Positions 22,432-33,311 of a stretch of DNA of 64,000 nucleotides are shown piece by piece (positions within the stretch are counted from its first letter, which is position 1; the number at the start of each line of letters is the position of its first letter). A program made the position numbers and the translations under genes. Under the pieces are notes generated by a model that had not been told where the DNA came from, made no database searches, and worked only from the letters and a program-made list of their open reading frames with translations. Origin of the DNA: Bacteroidota bacterium (lineage in GTDB: Bacteria; Bacteroidota; Ignavibacteria; UBA10030; UBA8401); assembly GCA_041658205.1 (NCBI GenBank), contig JBBAAO010000002.1, forward strand, positions 55,310 through 119,309, read 5' to 3'.

Positions 22432-22499
22432 CATTTGAATGGAAATGTGTACACAATATTTGAGAGATAACTATTCATTATTAAGAAGGAAGTACAACA

Positions 22500-23555
22500 A
22501 TGGCAAAAATCAATTTCGGCGGAACAGTAGAAGAAGTCGTTACCCGCGAAGAATATTCACTTGAGAAAGCAAAAGAATTTTTAAAGAACGAAGTTGTTGC
22601 AATTATCGGTTACGGTCCGCAAGGATACGGTCAATCGCTGAACATGCGCGACAATGGAATTAACGTTATTGTTGGCCAACGTAAAGGGGGCCAAGGATGG
22701 AGTGACGCTATCCGTGACGGCTGGATAGAAGGAAAGAATCTTTTTTCGAACATCGAAGAGGCGATCCAAAAAGGGACCATTGTTCAATATCTGCTTTCCG
22801 ATTCCGGACAAAAGCAGATGTGGGATGTGGTGAAGAAAAATTTGAAAAAAGGACAAGCGTTGTATTTTTCTCATGGATTCTCTGTGGTGTTCAAAGATCA
22901 AACCAATATTATTCCGCCAGCCGATGTGGACGTCGTTCTCGTGGCTCCCAAAGGGAGCGGGCGCACAGTACGCAGTAACTTTCTTGCAGGAAGTGGTATT
23001 AATGCAAGTTTTGCAGTGTTTCAGGATGCAACAGGAAAAGCACGCGAACGGGCAATTGCCTGTGGTATTGCAATTGGGTCAGGATATCTTTTCGCAACAA
23101 CCTTCGAAAAAGAAGTGCTTTCGGACCTTACCGGTGAGCGTGGTGTGTTAATGGGAGCGATTGCAGGTTTAATGAAAGCACAATACGATGTGCTCCGTCA
23201 GATGGGACATTCGCCGAGTGAAGCGTTTAACGAAACAGTGGAAGAAGCAACACAGAGTCTCTATCCGCTCGTTGGAAAATATGGGATGGACTGGATGTTT
23301 GCGGCCTGTTCAGTAACAGCACAGCGCGGCGCGTTGGATTGGGCAAAAAAATTCGAAACTGCGAATCGTCCATTATTTGAGTTGCTCTATCGCGATGTGC
23401 AATATGGTGTGGAGACAAAACGTGTGCTCGATTCTACCAGCGCACCGGATTACCGAGCAACACTGCAGAAAGAACTTGATGAATGGAAAAATTCCGAGAT
23501 GTGGAAAACAGGCGAAGCAGTAAGAAGTCTTCGACCGGAAAACTGGAAAAAATAA
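22500..23555 (+). CDS. ilvC: ketol-acid reductoisomerase (class I)
   Basis: 351 aa; Rossmann 'IIGYGPQGYGQSLNMRDNG'. Confidence 0.95.
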   Translation: MAKINFGGTVEEVVTREEYSLEKAKEFLKNEVVAIIGYGPQGYGQSLNMRDNGINVIVGQRKGGQGWSDAIRDGWIEGKNLFSNIEEAIQKGTIVQYLLSDSGQKQMWDVVKKNLKKGQALYFSHGFSVVFKDQTNIIPPADVDVVLVAPKGSGRTVRSNFLAGSGINASFAVFQDATGKARERAIACGIAIGSGYLFATTFEKEVLSDLTGERGVLMGAIAGLMKAQYDVLRQMGHSPSEAFNETVEEATQSLYPLVGKYGMDWMFAACSVTAQRGALDWAKKFETANRPLFELLYRDVQYGVETKRVLDSTSAPDYRATLQKELDEWKNSEMWKTGEAVRSLRPENWKK

Positions 23556-23599
23556 GTCCGCACATGTGAACGATCTTGCGACCGTTCCGACAAAACTCA

Positions 23600-25168
23600 A
23601 TGAAAACAAAAATATTCACATACGATACGACGCTTCGTGATGGAACTCAAGGCGAGGAAGTTTCCTTTTCCGCCGAAGATAAAATCAAGATTGCCAAACG
23701 GCTGGATGCATTTGGCATTGATTACATCGAAGGGGGATGGCCGGGTTCCAATCCAAAAGATATGGAGTTCTTTGAGAGAGCTCGAACGATTCAATTTGTG
23801 CACGCAAAGATTGCGGCATTTGGCAGCACGCGCCGGGCAAAAAATCGCGTTGAAGATGATGCAAATATCAAAGCGCTGCTGGATGCACAAACTCCTGTCG
23901 TAACGATTTTTGGAAAAACGTGGCTGTTGCATGTGAAAGAAGCATTGCAGATCACTGAGGAAGAAAATCTCGAAATCATTTCCGATTCCGTCGCGTATCT
24001 GAAAAAGAATAGTAAAGAAGTAGTGTATGATGCGGAACATTTCTTTGACGGATATAAAACTGACAAAGCATATGCCATCAAAACACTGCAAGCAGCGCAG
24101 TCTTCCGGCGCGAACGTGATTGTTCTGTGCGACACAAACGGCGGAACGATGCCATGGGAAATTTCTTCAATCGTTGATGAGATCAAACCATTCATCACGG
24201 TGCAGCTCGGCATTCATACGCATAACGATTGCGAACTTGGTGTGGCAAATTCGCTTGCCGCTATCAAATCCGGTGCGATACATGTGCAGGGAACAATCAA
24301 CGGATACGGTGAACGTTGTGGCAATGCTAATCTCTGTTCCATCCTCCCAAATCTTGAAATCAAGTTAGGCAACGAAACCGTTGGGAGCGAACAATTAAAA
24401 AAGTTGACAGACCTTTCCCGATACGTAAGCGAATTAGCAAATTTGAAACACAGAAAAAATCAGGCTTATGTCGGTGAAAGCGCCTTTGCACACAAAGGGG
24501 GCGTTCACGTCAGTGCGGTGATGAAAACACCGAAGACATATGAGCACGTTCAGCCGGAAGTTGTTGGTAATGTGCGCAGAGTACTTGTTTCTGATCTTTC
24601 AGGAAGAAGCAATGTGTTGTATAAAGCGGAAGAGCTTGGATTGAAGATCGACGACAAATCTCCCGCCGCTCAGAAAGTTGTGGAAGAATTGAAGGAGATG
24701 GAGCATTACGGTTACTATTTTGAAGATGCGGAAGCATCGTTTGAATTGCTGGTAAAGAAACATACCGGTGAGATCAAAAAATTATTTGAACTTGAGCGAT
24801 TTAAAATCAGCATTCACAAAGATTCCGACAGCAGTGATGCGCGAAGCGAAGCGATGATTAAAATTCGTGTGGGCGACGAGACGGAAATGACCGCTGCGGA
24901 AGGAAATGGTCCGGTGAACGCAATGGACAAAGCCTTGCGCAAAGCGCTTGAACGATTTTATCCTCAATTAAAAGAAATTCAGTTGACGGATTATAAGGTG
25001 CGAGTGCTCGATTCTCAGAATGCTACCGCAGCAAAAGTTCGTGTATTAATCGAAACAAAAAACGGAACATCATCCTGGAACACCGTTGGTGTTTCATCGG
25101 ATGTTGTTGACGCCAGTTGGAAGGCGTTGGTCGATTCCATCACCTATCACTTATTAAAGAGGAAGTAA
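23600..25168 (+). CDS. cimA: citramalate synthase-type LeuA-family enzyme (CimA/LeuA2 subfamily)
   Basis: '[16 protein letters not shown]' with '...[16 protein letters not shown]' and a C-terminal LeuA-dimerisation-like domain. ORF-track start 23576; the Met at 23600 is preferred. Confidence 0.7.
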   Translation: MKTKIFTYDTTLRDGTQGEEVSFSAEDKIKIAKRLDAFGIDYIEGGWPGSNPKDMEFFERARTIQFVHAKIAAFGSTRRAKNRVEDDANIKALLDAQTPVVTIFGKTWLLHVKEALQITEEENLEIISDSVAYLKKNSKEVVYDAEHFFDGYKTDKAYAIKTLQAAQSSGANVIVLCDTNGGTMPWEISSIVDEIKPFITVQLGIHTHNDCELGVANSLAAIKSGAIHVQGTINGYGERCGNANLCSILPNLEIKLGNETVGSEQLKKLTDLSRYVSELANLKHRKNQAYVGESAFAHKGGVHVSAVMKTPKTYEHVQPEVVGNVRRVLVSDLSGRSNVLYKAEELGLKIDDKSPAAQKVVEELKEMEHYGYYFEDAEASFELLVKKHTGEIKKLFELERFKISIHKDSDSSDARSEAMIKIRVGDETEMTAAEGNGPVNAMDKALRKALERFYPQLKEIQLTDYKVRVLDSQNATAAKVRVLIETKNGTSSWNTVGVSSDVVDASWKALVDSITYHLLKRK

Positions 25169-25178
25169 GGAAAAACAA

Positions 25179-26192
25179 ATGATTGTTGTCTTAAAACCCG
25201 GAACAAAAAAAGAAGAATACGAACACGTTATTGAACGCGTAAAAGAATATGGTTTTAAACCGCATCCAATCGTCGGCGAAGAGCGGACGGTGATTGCCTG
25301 TGTCGGCGATGAGCGTGGCAAAGCACAACTGCAGCAATTGGAATCGTTGGAATATGTTGAAAATGTCGTACCTATCTTAAAACCATTTAAACTTGCCAGC
25401 AACGAAACGAAAGCGCGATCCGTTGTTAAAGTGGGAAATGTAGAATTTGGAAGCGCACAATTTGTTGTGATTGCCGGTCCGTGTTCCGTTGAATCGAAAG
25501 AACAGATCGAATTAAGCGCGGAACAAGTAAAAAAAGCGGGAGCACAAATGCTCCGTGGGGGCGCGTTTAAGCCTCGCACATCTCCATATTCGTTCCAGGG
25601 ACTTGAAGAAGAAGGATTAAAACTTCTCGCTGCAGCTCGTGAAAAGACCGGACTACCATTCGCAACCGAAGTGATTTCCCCAAGTGATGTTGAGCTTGTT
25701 GCAAAATATTCCGACATGCTTCAGATCGGTGCGCGAAATATGCAAAATTTTGCTCTGCTGAAAGAAGTTGGTAAAACAAAACGTCCGATATTGCTCAAAC
25801 GAGGAATGTCCAGCACGTATAAAGAATTATTGATGTCAGCGGAATATATCATGTCCCAAGGAAATTACAATGTTGTTTTATGTGAGCGCGGAATCCGCAC
25901 CTTTGAAGATTATACGCGTAACACGTTCGATCTTACCGCTGTTCCGGCATTAAAAGAAATGTCACATTTGCCGGTGATTGTTGATCCGAGTCATGGTACC
26001 GGAATCCGCAGTTTAATTCCGCCAATGGCAAAAGCGGCTGTCCCTGTCGGAGCAGATGGTATCATTATTGAAGTGCATCCAAATCCGGAAAAAGCATTTT
26101 CGGACGGCGCACAATCTTTGATGCCGGATCAATTTTCAAAACTGATGGATGATATACGACGATATTTACCGTTAGAGAACAGACATTTATAA
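25179..26192 (+). CDS. 3-deoxy-7-phosphoheptulonate (DAHP) synthase, class I-beta with N-terminal regulatory domain
   Basis: 337 aa; ~75-aa N-terminal extension, then 'IAGPCSVES' and 'GGAFKPRTSPYSFQG' (KPRTS distinguishes DAHPS from KDO8PS). Confidence 0.8.
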   Translation: MIVVLKPGTKKEEYEHVIERVKEYGFKPHPIVGEERTVIACVGDERGKAQLQQLESLEYVENVVPILKPFKLASNETKARSVVKVGNVEFGSAQFVVIAGPCSVESKEQIELSAEQVKKAGAQMLRGGAFKPRTSPYSFQGLEEEGLKLLAAAREKTGLPFATEVISPSDVELVAKYSDMLQIGARNMQNFALLKEVGKTKRPILLKRGMSSTYKELLMSAEYIMSQGNYNVVLCERGIRTFEDYTRNTFDLTAVPALKEMSHLPVIVDPSHGTGIRSLIPPMAKAAVPVGADGIIIEVHPNPEKAFSDGAQSLMPDQFSKLMDDIRRYLPLENRHL

Positions 26193-26247
26193 CGACGCGG
26201 CAGGTCGGCATTAATGCCATCCTGCCAATACATATGCTGAGGAATAT

Positions 26248-27795
26248 ATGAGTGATCGAGTATACATTTTTGATACAACACTGCGCGACGGAGAGCAATC
26301 TCCCGGTGCGAGTATGAATTTTGTCGAAAAAATCAGAATGGCAAAGCAGTTGGAACAGCTACAGGTGGATGTGATTGAAGCGGGATTCCCGATTGCGAGC
26401 GAAGGGGATTTTGAATCGGTAAAAGAAATTGCCAAACAAATTCGCACCGTAACGATTGCAGGATTGTGTCGTGCAAATAATAATGATATCGATCGGGCGT
26501 GGGAAGCACTACGGCATGCAGAAAAACCGCGTATTCATACATTCATCGCTACGTCGGACATTCATCTAAAATATAAGTTGAAAAAGACACGAGATGAAGT
26601 TCTGGAAAATGCGATCAAGGCGGTGCGCAGGGCAAAATCGTACTGCGACGATGTAGAATTTTCCTGTGAAGATGCTTCGCGAACCGATATTGATTTTCTC
26701 TGCAAAGTGGTCGAAGCGACAATTGCTGAAGGTGCTACTGTTGTAAACATTCCAGATACTGTTGGATATTCAGTTCCAACAGAATATGGTACAATTATCC
26801 GTACGTTGATGGAACGGGTTCCGAATATTAATAAGGCGATTGTGAGTGTTCATTGCCACGACGATCTTGGATTAGCCGTTGCGAATTCATTGGCTGGTGT
26901 TATGAACGGCGCACGACAAATTGAATGCACGATTAATGGTATCGGGGAGCGTGCAGGAAATGCATCCTTGGAAGAGATTGCAATGGCTATCCGTACGCGC
27001 AGCGAAGCATTAAAAGTATCAACAAACATCAGCACCGAAGAGATTTATCGATCAAGCAAAATGCTAGTATCGCTGACAGGAATGCATATCCAGCGCAATA
27101 AAGCAATCGTTGGCGAAAATGCATTTGCGCACGAAGCAGGGATCCATCAGGATGGAATGCTCAAAAATCCGTTGACGTATGAGATTATGACTCCCGAAAG
27201 TGTCGGTATAAAACACAGCACGCTGGTGCTCGGAAAACATTCCGGACGCCATGCGTTGAAACAACGATACGAAGAACTTGGATACAAACTGTCTGCCGAA
27301 GAATTGGAAAAAGCGTATTCCTTGTTCAGCAAACTTGCTGATGAAAAGAAACAAGTGTTTGATGACGATCTTGTTGCGCTTCTTCAGGATGAACTTTCTT
27401 CAGTAGAAGAAACATATACGATTGAAACGCTACAAGTGACAAGTGGATTAAACATTGTTCCGACCGCAACCGTTGGTTTGAAAAAAGGAAGTCAATTCCT
27501 GCAAGATTCTTCCACAGGTGACGGACCGGTTGATGCAGCATACCGCGCCATTGAACGAATCACCAACATTAATGCAGATCTTTTGGACTATTCCATTAAG
27601 TCTGTTTCGTGGGGACAGGATGCGATAGGAGAAGTCTTTGTGAAGATAGCGATCGACGGATATGTGTTTAACGGCCGCTCGGCAAGTACCGATGTAATCA
27701 CCGGAAGCGTCAAAGCATATGTGAATGCAATTAATCATGCAATTGCGGCGCGATATCGAAAACAACAATCAACAAGCGAAAACGTTGGAGTATAA
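26248..27795 (+). CDS. leuA: 2-isopropylmalate synthase
   Basis: 515 aa; '[13 protein letters not shown]' and regulatory C-terminal domain. Confidence 0.9.
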   Translation: MSDRVYIFDTTLRDGEQSPGASMNFVEKIRMAKQLEQLQVDVIEAGFPIASEGDFESVKEIAKQIRTVTIAGLCRANNNDIDRAWEALRHAEKPRIHTFIATSDIHLKYKLKKTRDEVLENAIKAVRRAKSYCDDVEFSCEDASRTDIDFLCKVVEATIAEGATVVNIPDTVGYSVPTEYGTIIRTLMERVPNINKAIVSVHCHDDLGLAVANSLAGVMNGARQIECTINGIGERAGNASLEEIAMAIRTRSEALKVSTNISTEEIYRSSKMLVSLTGMHIQRNKAIVGENAFAHEAGIHQDGMLKNPLTYEIMTPESVGIKHSTLVLGKHSGRHALKQRYEELGYKLSAEELEKAYSLFSKLADEKKQVFDDDLVALLQDELSSVEETYTIETLQVTSGLNIVPTATVGLKKGSQFLQDSSTGDGPVDAAYRAIERITNINADLLDYSIKSVSWGQDAIGEVFVKIAIDGYVFNGRSASTDVITGSVKAYVNAINHAIAARYRKQQSTSENVGV

Positions 27796-27831
27796 TAATT
27801 TTTACTCCATTGTATTAAAAAGGATTCCTGT

Positions 27832-29130
27832 ATGGCAATGACGATCACCGAAAAAATTTTAGCAAAACATTCCGGAAGAAACTCCGTGCAGCCCGGCGAC
27901 AATGTGTGGATTGATGTCGACGTGTTGATGACGCACGATGTGTGTGGACCGGGAACCTTCGGAATTTTTAAACGAGAATTCGGACAGAATGCAAAAGTAT
28001 GGGATAAAGATAAACTCGTTGTCATACCGGATCATTACATCTTTACAAAAGATATGCATGCAAACCGCAACATCCAGATCCTGCGCGATTTTGCAAAAGA
28101 ACAAGACCTTCCGCATTATTTTGATGTTGGCACATCCCGCTATAAAGGTGTTTGCCATGTTGCCATGCCTGAAGAAGGATTTACCCGTCCCGGCGAAGTA
28201 TTGTTTGGCACGGATTCGCACACATGTACTGCCGGAGCGTTTGGTGAGTTTGCGACTGGAATTGGAAATACCGATGCAGCGTTTGTTCTCGGAACAGGAA
28301 AGCTGTGGGTAAAAGTTCCCGAAACAATGAAGTTTATCTTCGAAGGGGAAATGCCAAGATATTTAATGGCGAAAGATCTCATTCTTGCCGTCATTGGAAA
28401 AATCGGTGTGGATGGTGCAACATACCGCGCAATGGATTTCAGCGGCTCCACCGTTGATGCTATGACGATGGAAGACCGTATGACGTTGTGTAATATGGTG
28501 ATTGAAGCGGGTGGAAAGAACGGCATCTGTACGCCGGATAAAACAACTATGGATTACGTCAGCGCCCGCACAAATAAAAAGTTTGAATGTTTTTTGAATG
28601 ATACGGATGCAAAGTATCACTCTGTTCACCGATTTAATGTGAACGAAATCGAACCGACTATTGCTAAACCGCACTCTCCGGACAATAAAGCGTTCGTGAG
28701 CGAAGTCGCCGGAACAAAACTGGATCGCGCATACATCGGCAGTTGTACCGGCGGGAAGATTTCGGATTTCATTGCTGCTGCTGAGATTTTGTACGGCGAA
28801 AAAGTAAAGATCGATACATTTATCGTTCCGGCGACAACGGACGTTGCCAACCAGATTAAAACAATCAGAGTAAAAGGGAAAACGGTGATGGAGATTTTTG
28901 AAGATGCGGGATGTCGCATTGGTGACTCATCATGCGCCGCATGTTTGGGAGGACCATCCGATACATTCGGACGGTTGAACGGAGCGGAAGTTTGCATTTC
29001 GTCCACAAACAGAAATTTTCCCGGGCGAATGGGTTCCAAGAAATCGCAAGTATATCTTGCATCGCCGTACACCGTCGCGGCATCGGCAGTCAAAGGGGTT
29101 ATCACGAATCCCCGCGAATTTTTTAATTAG
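27832..29130 (+). CDS. leuC: 3-isopropylmalate dehydratase large subunit
   Basis: 432 aa aconitase-family protein; 'DSHTCTAGAFGEFATGIGNTD'. Confidence 0.9.
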   Translation: MAMTITEKILAKHSGRNSVQPGDNVWIDVDVLMTHDVCGPGTFGIFKREFGQNAKVWDKDKLVVIPDHYIFTKDMHANRNIQILRDFAKEQDLPHYFDVGTSRYKGVCHVAMPEEGFTRPGEVLFGTDSHTCTAGAFGEFATGIGNTDAAFVLGTGKLWVKVPETMKFIFEGEMPRYLMAKDLILAVIGKIGVDGATYRAMDFSGSTVDAMTMEDRMTLCNMVIEAGGKNGICTPDKTTMDYVSARTNKKFECFLNDTDAKYHSVHRFNVNEIEPTIAKPHSPDNKAFVSEVAGTKLDRAYIGSCTGGKISDFIAAAEILYGEKVKIDTFIVPATTDVANQIKTIRVKGKTVMEIFEDAGCRIGDSSCAACLGGPSDTFGRLNGAEVCISSTNRNFPGRMGSKKSQVYLASPYTVAASAVKGVITNPREFFN

Positions 29131-29133
29131 GGA

Positions 29134-29168
29134 AAGACCTTCCATGTTTTAAAAACATGGAAGGTCTT
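29134..29168. repeat. near-perfect 17-bp-arm palindrome in the leuC-leuD spacer
   Basis: aagaccttccatgtttt (29134-29150), a, aaaacatggaaggtctt (29152-29168); no T-run follows. Confidence 0.6.
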
Positions 29169-29194
29169 CAGAAACATTTAATATTAAGGCAGCT

Positions 29195-29758
29195 ATGAAA
29201 GCAATCATTAAAGGAAAAGCATTCGTTCTTGGAAATGACATCGACACCGATCAGATTATTCCGGCGGCTCACCTTGTCTATAAATTAGATGATATTGATG
29301 AAAAGAAAAATTACGGCAGATATGCATTCTCCGGAGTTCCAATTGAACAATCGGGCCTGCCGCAAGGAAACATTCCTTTCATTAAAGAAGGGGAATGGCA
29401 GAGTGATTATCGTATTGTTATCGGCGGAAAGAACTTTGGATGTGGATCGTCACGTGAACATGCACCATTCGCACTGCAAGTTGCAGGGATTGAAGCGGTG
29501 ATTGCTGAAGGATATGCCCGTATTTTTTATCGCAACGCCATTGATGGCGCATTTATTGCTCCGTTTGAATCGACGCAGCATTTGGCAAAAGAGATTAAAA
29601 CGGGAGATGAACTTGAATTGGACACAACAAAATGTTCATTAAAGAATCTCACACAAAACAAAGAATATCAACTCAGCCCGCTTGGAGATATTGAACATAT
29701 TCTTCGTGGTGGGGGAATATTTGAGTATGCGAGAAAATCCGGAATGCTGCAGAAATAA
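29195..29758 (+). CDS. leuD: 3-isopropylmalate dehydratase small subunit
   Basis: 187 aa; 'GKAFVLGNDIDTDQIIPA' LeuD signature. Confidence 0.9.
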   Translation: MKAIIKGKAFVLGNDIDTDQIIPAAHLVYKLDDIDEKKNYGRYAFSGVPIEQSGLPQGNIPFIKEGEWQSDYRIVIGGKNFGCGSSREHAPFALQVAGIEAVIAEGYARIFYRNAIDGAFIAPFESTQHLAKEIKTGDELELDTTKCSLKNLTQNKEYQLSPLGDIEHILRGGGIFEYARKSGMLQK

Positions 29759-29783
29759 ACGACGAAAGAGAATTGAGATTATC

Positions 29784-30608
29784 ATGTTAAATAAAACAAT
29801 AGCTATTATCGGTGCTGGAAATATGGGAACCGCGTTGATTCGTGGAATCCTGAACGCGAAACTGACAAGTGCGAAAAAGATTTACGCCAGCGGCACGAGA
29901 ATAGAAAAGCTGGAAAAACTTTCTGCAGAGTACGGCATTAATGTAACAACAAACAATAAAGATGCCGCCAAACATGCAGACATTGTTGTCCTTTGTATCA
30001 AAGCATCGGTGATTCGTTCTGTGCTGGAAGAGATGCACAAAGTGCTGCATAAAGGACAACTTGTTATCTCCATTGCGGCCGGTGTTACAACGGAATCCAT
30101 GGAAAAAATTATCGGAAAAAACATGCCGGTTATTCGCTGCATGCCGAACATTGCATCAACAGTAGGACTCGGATCTACGGCAATATCATTTGGTCGATAT
30201 GTTCATTCAGCGCAGCACGATGTAGCCATTAAAATTTTTGAAGCTGTCGGCGATGTCGTCGTTGTTGGTGAACAGCATCTTGATGCAGTAACAGGATTAA
30301 GCGGCAGCGGTCCTGCGTACATTTACATGGTAATCGAAGCGCTTATTGACGGTGGTGTAAAGATGGGATTACCACGCGATATTTCGACAAAACTTGCCAT
30401 TCAAACCGTTCTTGGTTCTGCAAAACTGGTGAAGGAATCAAATGTCCATCCTGCAATTTTGCGCGATCAGGTAACCACTCCAGGCGGTACAACAATCAAC
30501 GCAATTCACGAACTGGAATCGCACGGTTTGAGGTCGATGTTAATTGATGCCGTGGCAACAGCGACGAGGCGTTCAAAAGAACTCTCGGAATTAATCAACA
30601 AGCATTAA
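29784..30608 (+). CDS. proC: pyrroline-5-carboxylate reductase
   Basis: 'IAIIGAGNMGTAL' Rossmann plus ProC C-terminal dimerisation domain. The start at 29784 (MLNKT...) is preferred over the ORF-track start 29682, which overlaps leuD. Confidence 0.85.
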   Translation: MLNKTIAIIGAGNMGTALIRGILNAKLTSAKKIYASGTRIEKLEKLSAEYGINVTTNNKDAAKHADIVVLCIKASVIRSVLEEMHKVLHKGQLVISIAAGVTTESMEKIIGKNMPVIRCMPNIASTVGLGSTAISFGRYVHSAQHDVAIKIFEAVGDVVVVGEQHLDAVTGLSGSGPAYIYMVIEALIDGGVKMGLPRDISTKLAIQTVLGSAKLVKESNVHPAILRDQVTTPGGTTINAIHELESHGLRSMLIDAVATATRRSKELSELINKH

Positions 30609-30650
30609 ACTCTCCAGAAGTAATGCTCTCAACGAAGTTTTAACTCTCTT

Positions 30651-31718
30651 ATGAAGAAAACGATTACAGTAATTTCCGGTGACGGGATCGGTCAAGAAGT
30701 TGTTGCAGGTGCTCTGCAAGTGTTAGATGTTGTCGCAACAAAATTTCATCACACGTTTGAATTACAAAATGCGTTAGCCGGCGGCGCAGCGTTGGATGCT
30801 ACAGGAATTCCTCTTCCCGAAGAGACGCTGAAACTTTCCAAAGCAAGCGATGCCGTTCTGCTCGGTGCAGTCGGCGGTCCAAAATGGGATTCCAATCCTC
30901 AGCACTTAAAACCGGAACGAGCATTGCTGGGACTTCGCAAAGAACTTGGTTTGTATGCAAATATTCGCCCCGCAAAAATTTATTCTGCCCTTGTCGATGC
31001 ATCGTCATTGAAGAAAGAGATTGTAAACGGTGTTGATATTATTGTTGTTCGTGAATTGACCGGCGGATTATATTTCGGTAAGCCAAGCGGATTTGAAACA
31101 AGAAACGGCGAAGAGGTCGGATTTAATACAATGATCTACTCGGAGTCGGAAGTGCAACGAATTGCCGTGTCGGCTTTTGAGATTGCACGAAAACGGAAAA
31201 AGAAATTATGTTCCGTAGACAAAGCTAATGTATTGGAAACGTCGCAATTATGGCGAAGAGTTATTTTGAACGTTGCAAAACAATATCCCGACGTTGAACT
31301 CTCTCATATGTATGTGGACAATTGTTCAATGCAGTTAATCCGTAACCCCAAACAGTTTGATGTTATTGTTACGGAGAATCTCTTCGGCGATATTCTCAGC
31401 GATGAAGCGGCTATGTTAACCGGTTCTATCGGAATGCTTGCTTCAGCCAGTCTTGGCGGAACTGTTGCAATGTACGAACCGGTGCATGGCAGCGCGCCGG
31501 ATATTGCGGGACAAAATAAAGCGAATCCAATTGCGACTATCGCTTCCGTAGCGATGATGTTGAAATATTCTTTTAATCTTAACACAGAATCCGATGCAAT
31601 TGAAAATGCTATAGAGAATGTGTTGAGTAAAGGATTCCGCACGGGAGATATTTATACTGAAGGAACAACATTGCTTGGAACAAAAGAAATGGCTTCAAAA
31701 ATTATTGAATGTATGTAA
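30651..31718 (+). CDS. leuB: 3-isopropylmalate dehydrogenase
   Basis: 355 aa; '[14 protein letters not shown]' and isocitrate/isopropylmalate dehydrogenase family core. Confidence 0.95.
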   Translation: MKKTITVISGDGIGQEVVAGALQVLDVVATKFHHTFELQNALAGGAALDATGIPLPEETLKLSKASDAVLLGAVGGPKWDSNPQHLKPERALLGLRKELGLYANIRPAKIYSALVDASSLKKEIVNGVDIIVVRELTGGLYFGKPSGFETRNGEEVGFNTMIYSESEVQRIAVSAFEIARKRKKKLCSVDKANVLETSQLWRRVILNVAKQYPDVELSHMYVDNCSMQLIRNPKQFDVIVTENLFGDILSDEAAMLTGSIGMLASASLGGTVAMYEPVHGSAPDIAGQNKANPIATIASVAMMLKYSFNLNTESDAIENAIENVLSKGFRTGDIYTEGTTLLGTKEMASKIIECM

Positions 31719-31823
31719 TTTCACCCTTTCACTCGACCAATCTTGAAGACAAACAGAATTTTTTTTTACCTGAAAGAATACAAGACTTGGCCGAGATAAC
31801 ACGAAAAATCTTTACTTAATCAT

Positions 31824-33215
31824 ATGCTTACAATGAAATTTGGCGGAACATCGGTCGGCGATGTTCCCAGACTGCAGGAAGTTGTTTCAATCGTCAAACA
31901 ATTTTTGAAAGACCAGCCGGTGGTTGTTGCTTCGGCGATGGGAGGACTGACCAATGTACTGCTCGATACAGCACAAAAAGCGGTCGAACGGAAGTCCGGT
32001 GAAGTGAACAATGCCATTGCAGCAATTCGAGAAAGGCACTTACAAATTGCAAACGCCATGATTCATGATTATCCCCGGCGTGCTGCGCTGATCAAAAATC
32101 AACAGGATTCGATCAATGAACTAGCTAATTTCTATCATGGCGTGAGTCTTTTGCGTGAACTTTCGCCCCGTTCACTTGATGCGATTGCATCATTCGGAGA
32201 AATCCTATCATGTATGCAGATTGCTGCTATTTTTGAGGAAAACGGCATCAAATCCCAATTTATTGATGCGCGAACAATTATTCAAACCGACGATAATTTT
32301 GGAGAAGCTTCTGTCGATTTCTCCGTTTCGAATAAAAAAATCAACGAAACAATTTCACCACTTGTATCCAAAGGGATTGTTCCTGTTGTGACCGGATTTA
32401 TTTCGTCTACAGAGGATGGAATAACAACAACAATTGGTCGAAGTGGTTCGGATTATACCGGCTCAATTGTTGGTTCTGCCATTAACAGTAAAGAAATCTG
32501 GATCTGGACGGATGTTGACGGTGTTATGACTGCCGATCCTCGATTTGTCAAAGGGGCACAAGTGCTCTCGGAAATTTCCTACCGCGAAGCAGCGGAGATG
32601 AGTTATTTTGGTGCAAAGGTTATTCATCCAAAGACAATGGTTCCGGCAATCGAGAAAAAGATTCCGATTCGGATTAAGAATACATTTAATCCGGAACACC
32701 AAGGAACGCTTATTTCAGCAAAACCGAATCACGGAGGAACATCAGCAAAAACGGTGACATCCATCGACAATCTTGCCATTATTGCAATTGAAGGAAATGG
32801 AATGATCGGCGTGCCGGGTGTTTCTGCAAGAATTTTTTCAGCATTAGCACGCGCTCAAGTAAACGTCATGATGATATCGCAGGCGTCATCGGAACATAAT
32901 GTCTGTATTCTTGTTCCCAAAAAAGATAGTGCGAACGGTGTAAAAGTGCTGCGGGATGAATTCAGTATTGATATTGCAAAGAAAATTATTGATGCTGTTA
33001 CTGTAAAAGAGACCGTTTCCATTGTTGCGGTGGTTGGAGAAGGAATGATTGGCACGAAAGGAATTGCCGGGAGAACATTTGATGCAGTTGCAAAAGCAGA
33101 TGTGAATATCATTGCGATTGCACAAGGCTCGTCCGAATTGAATATCTCGTTCGTTGTTGATCAAAAAGATGCCAAAAAATCGGTGCAGGCTGTGCACGAT
33201 TCGTTTTATCAATAG
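31824..33215 (+). CDS. aspartate kinase (monofunctional, tandem ACT domains)
   Basis: 'MKFGGTSVGD' kinase N-terminus; two C-terminal ACT regions; alternative start at 31833. Confidence 0.9.
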   Translation: MLTMKFGGTSVGDVPRLQEVVSIVKQFLKDQPVVVASAMGGLTNVLLDTAQKAVERKSGEVNNAIAAIRERHLQIANAMIHDYPRRAALIKNQQDSINELANFYHGVSLLRELSPRSLDAIASFGEILSCMQIAAIFEENGIKSQFIDARTIIQTDDNFGEASVDFSVSNKKINETISPLVSKGIVPVVTGFISSTEDGITTTIGRSGSDYTGSIVGSAINSKEIWIWTDVDGVMTADPRFVKGAQVLSEISYREAAEMSYFGAKVIHPKTMVPAIEKKIPIRIKNTFNPEHQGTLISAKPNHGGTSAKTVTSIDNLAIIAIEGNGMIGVPGVSARIFSALARAQVNVMMISQASSEHNVCILVPKKDSANGVKVLRDEFSIDIAKKIIDAVTVKETVSIVAVVGEGMIGTKGIAGRTFDAVAKADVNIIAIAQGSSELNISFVVDQKDAKKSVQAVHDSFYQ

Positions 33216-33311
33216 ATTGTTGCTTGCCGCTATTCCGGATAGATGGTAGTGTTGTAACATCAGTAAAAAAGAATCAGAATGTATTTTCAGACCGACAATC
33301 AAAAATAATAC

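Noticed and set aside
29682-29783. ORF-track start of proC overlapping leuD by 77 nt
   Set aside because: The conserved ProC Rossmann motif begins right after the internal Met at 29784 (MLNKTIAIIGAGNMG), and the upstream extension has no homology. The 29784 start was chosen.
31719-31832. Lysine riboswitch (L-box) expected upstream of an aspartate kinase gene
   Set aside because: Only ~105 nt of AT-rich spacer without the conserved L-box helices. The kinase sits in a thr context inside a long operon, so lysine-riboswitch control is unlikely.
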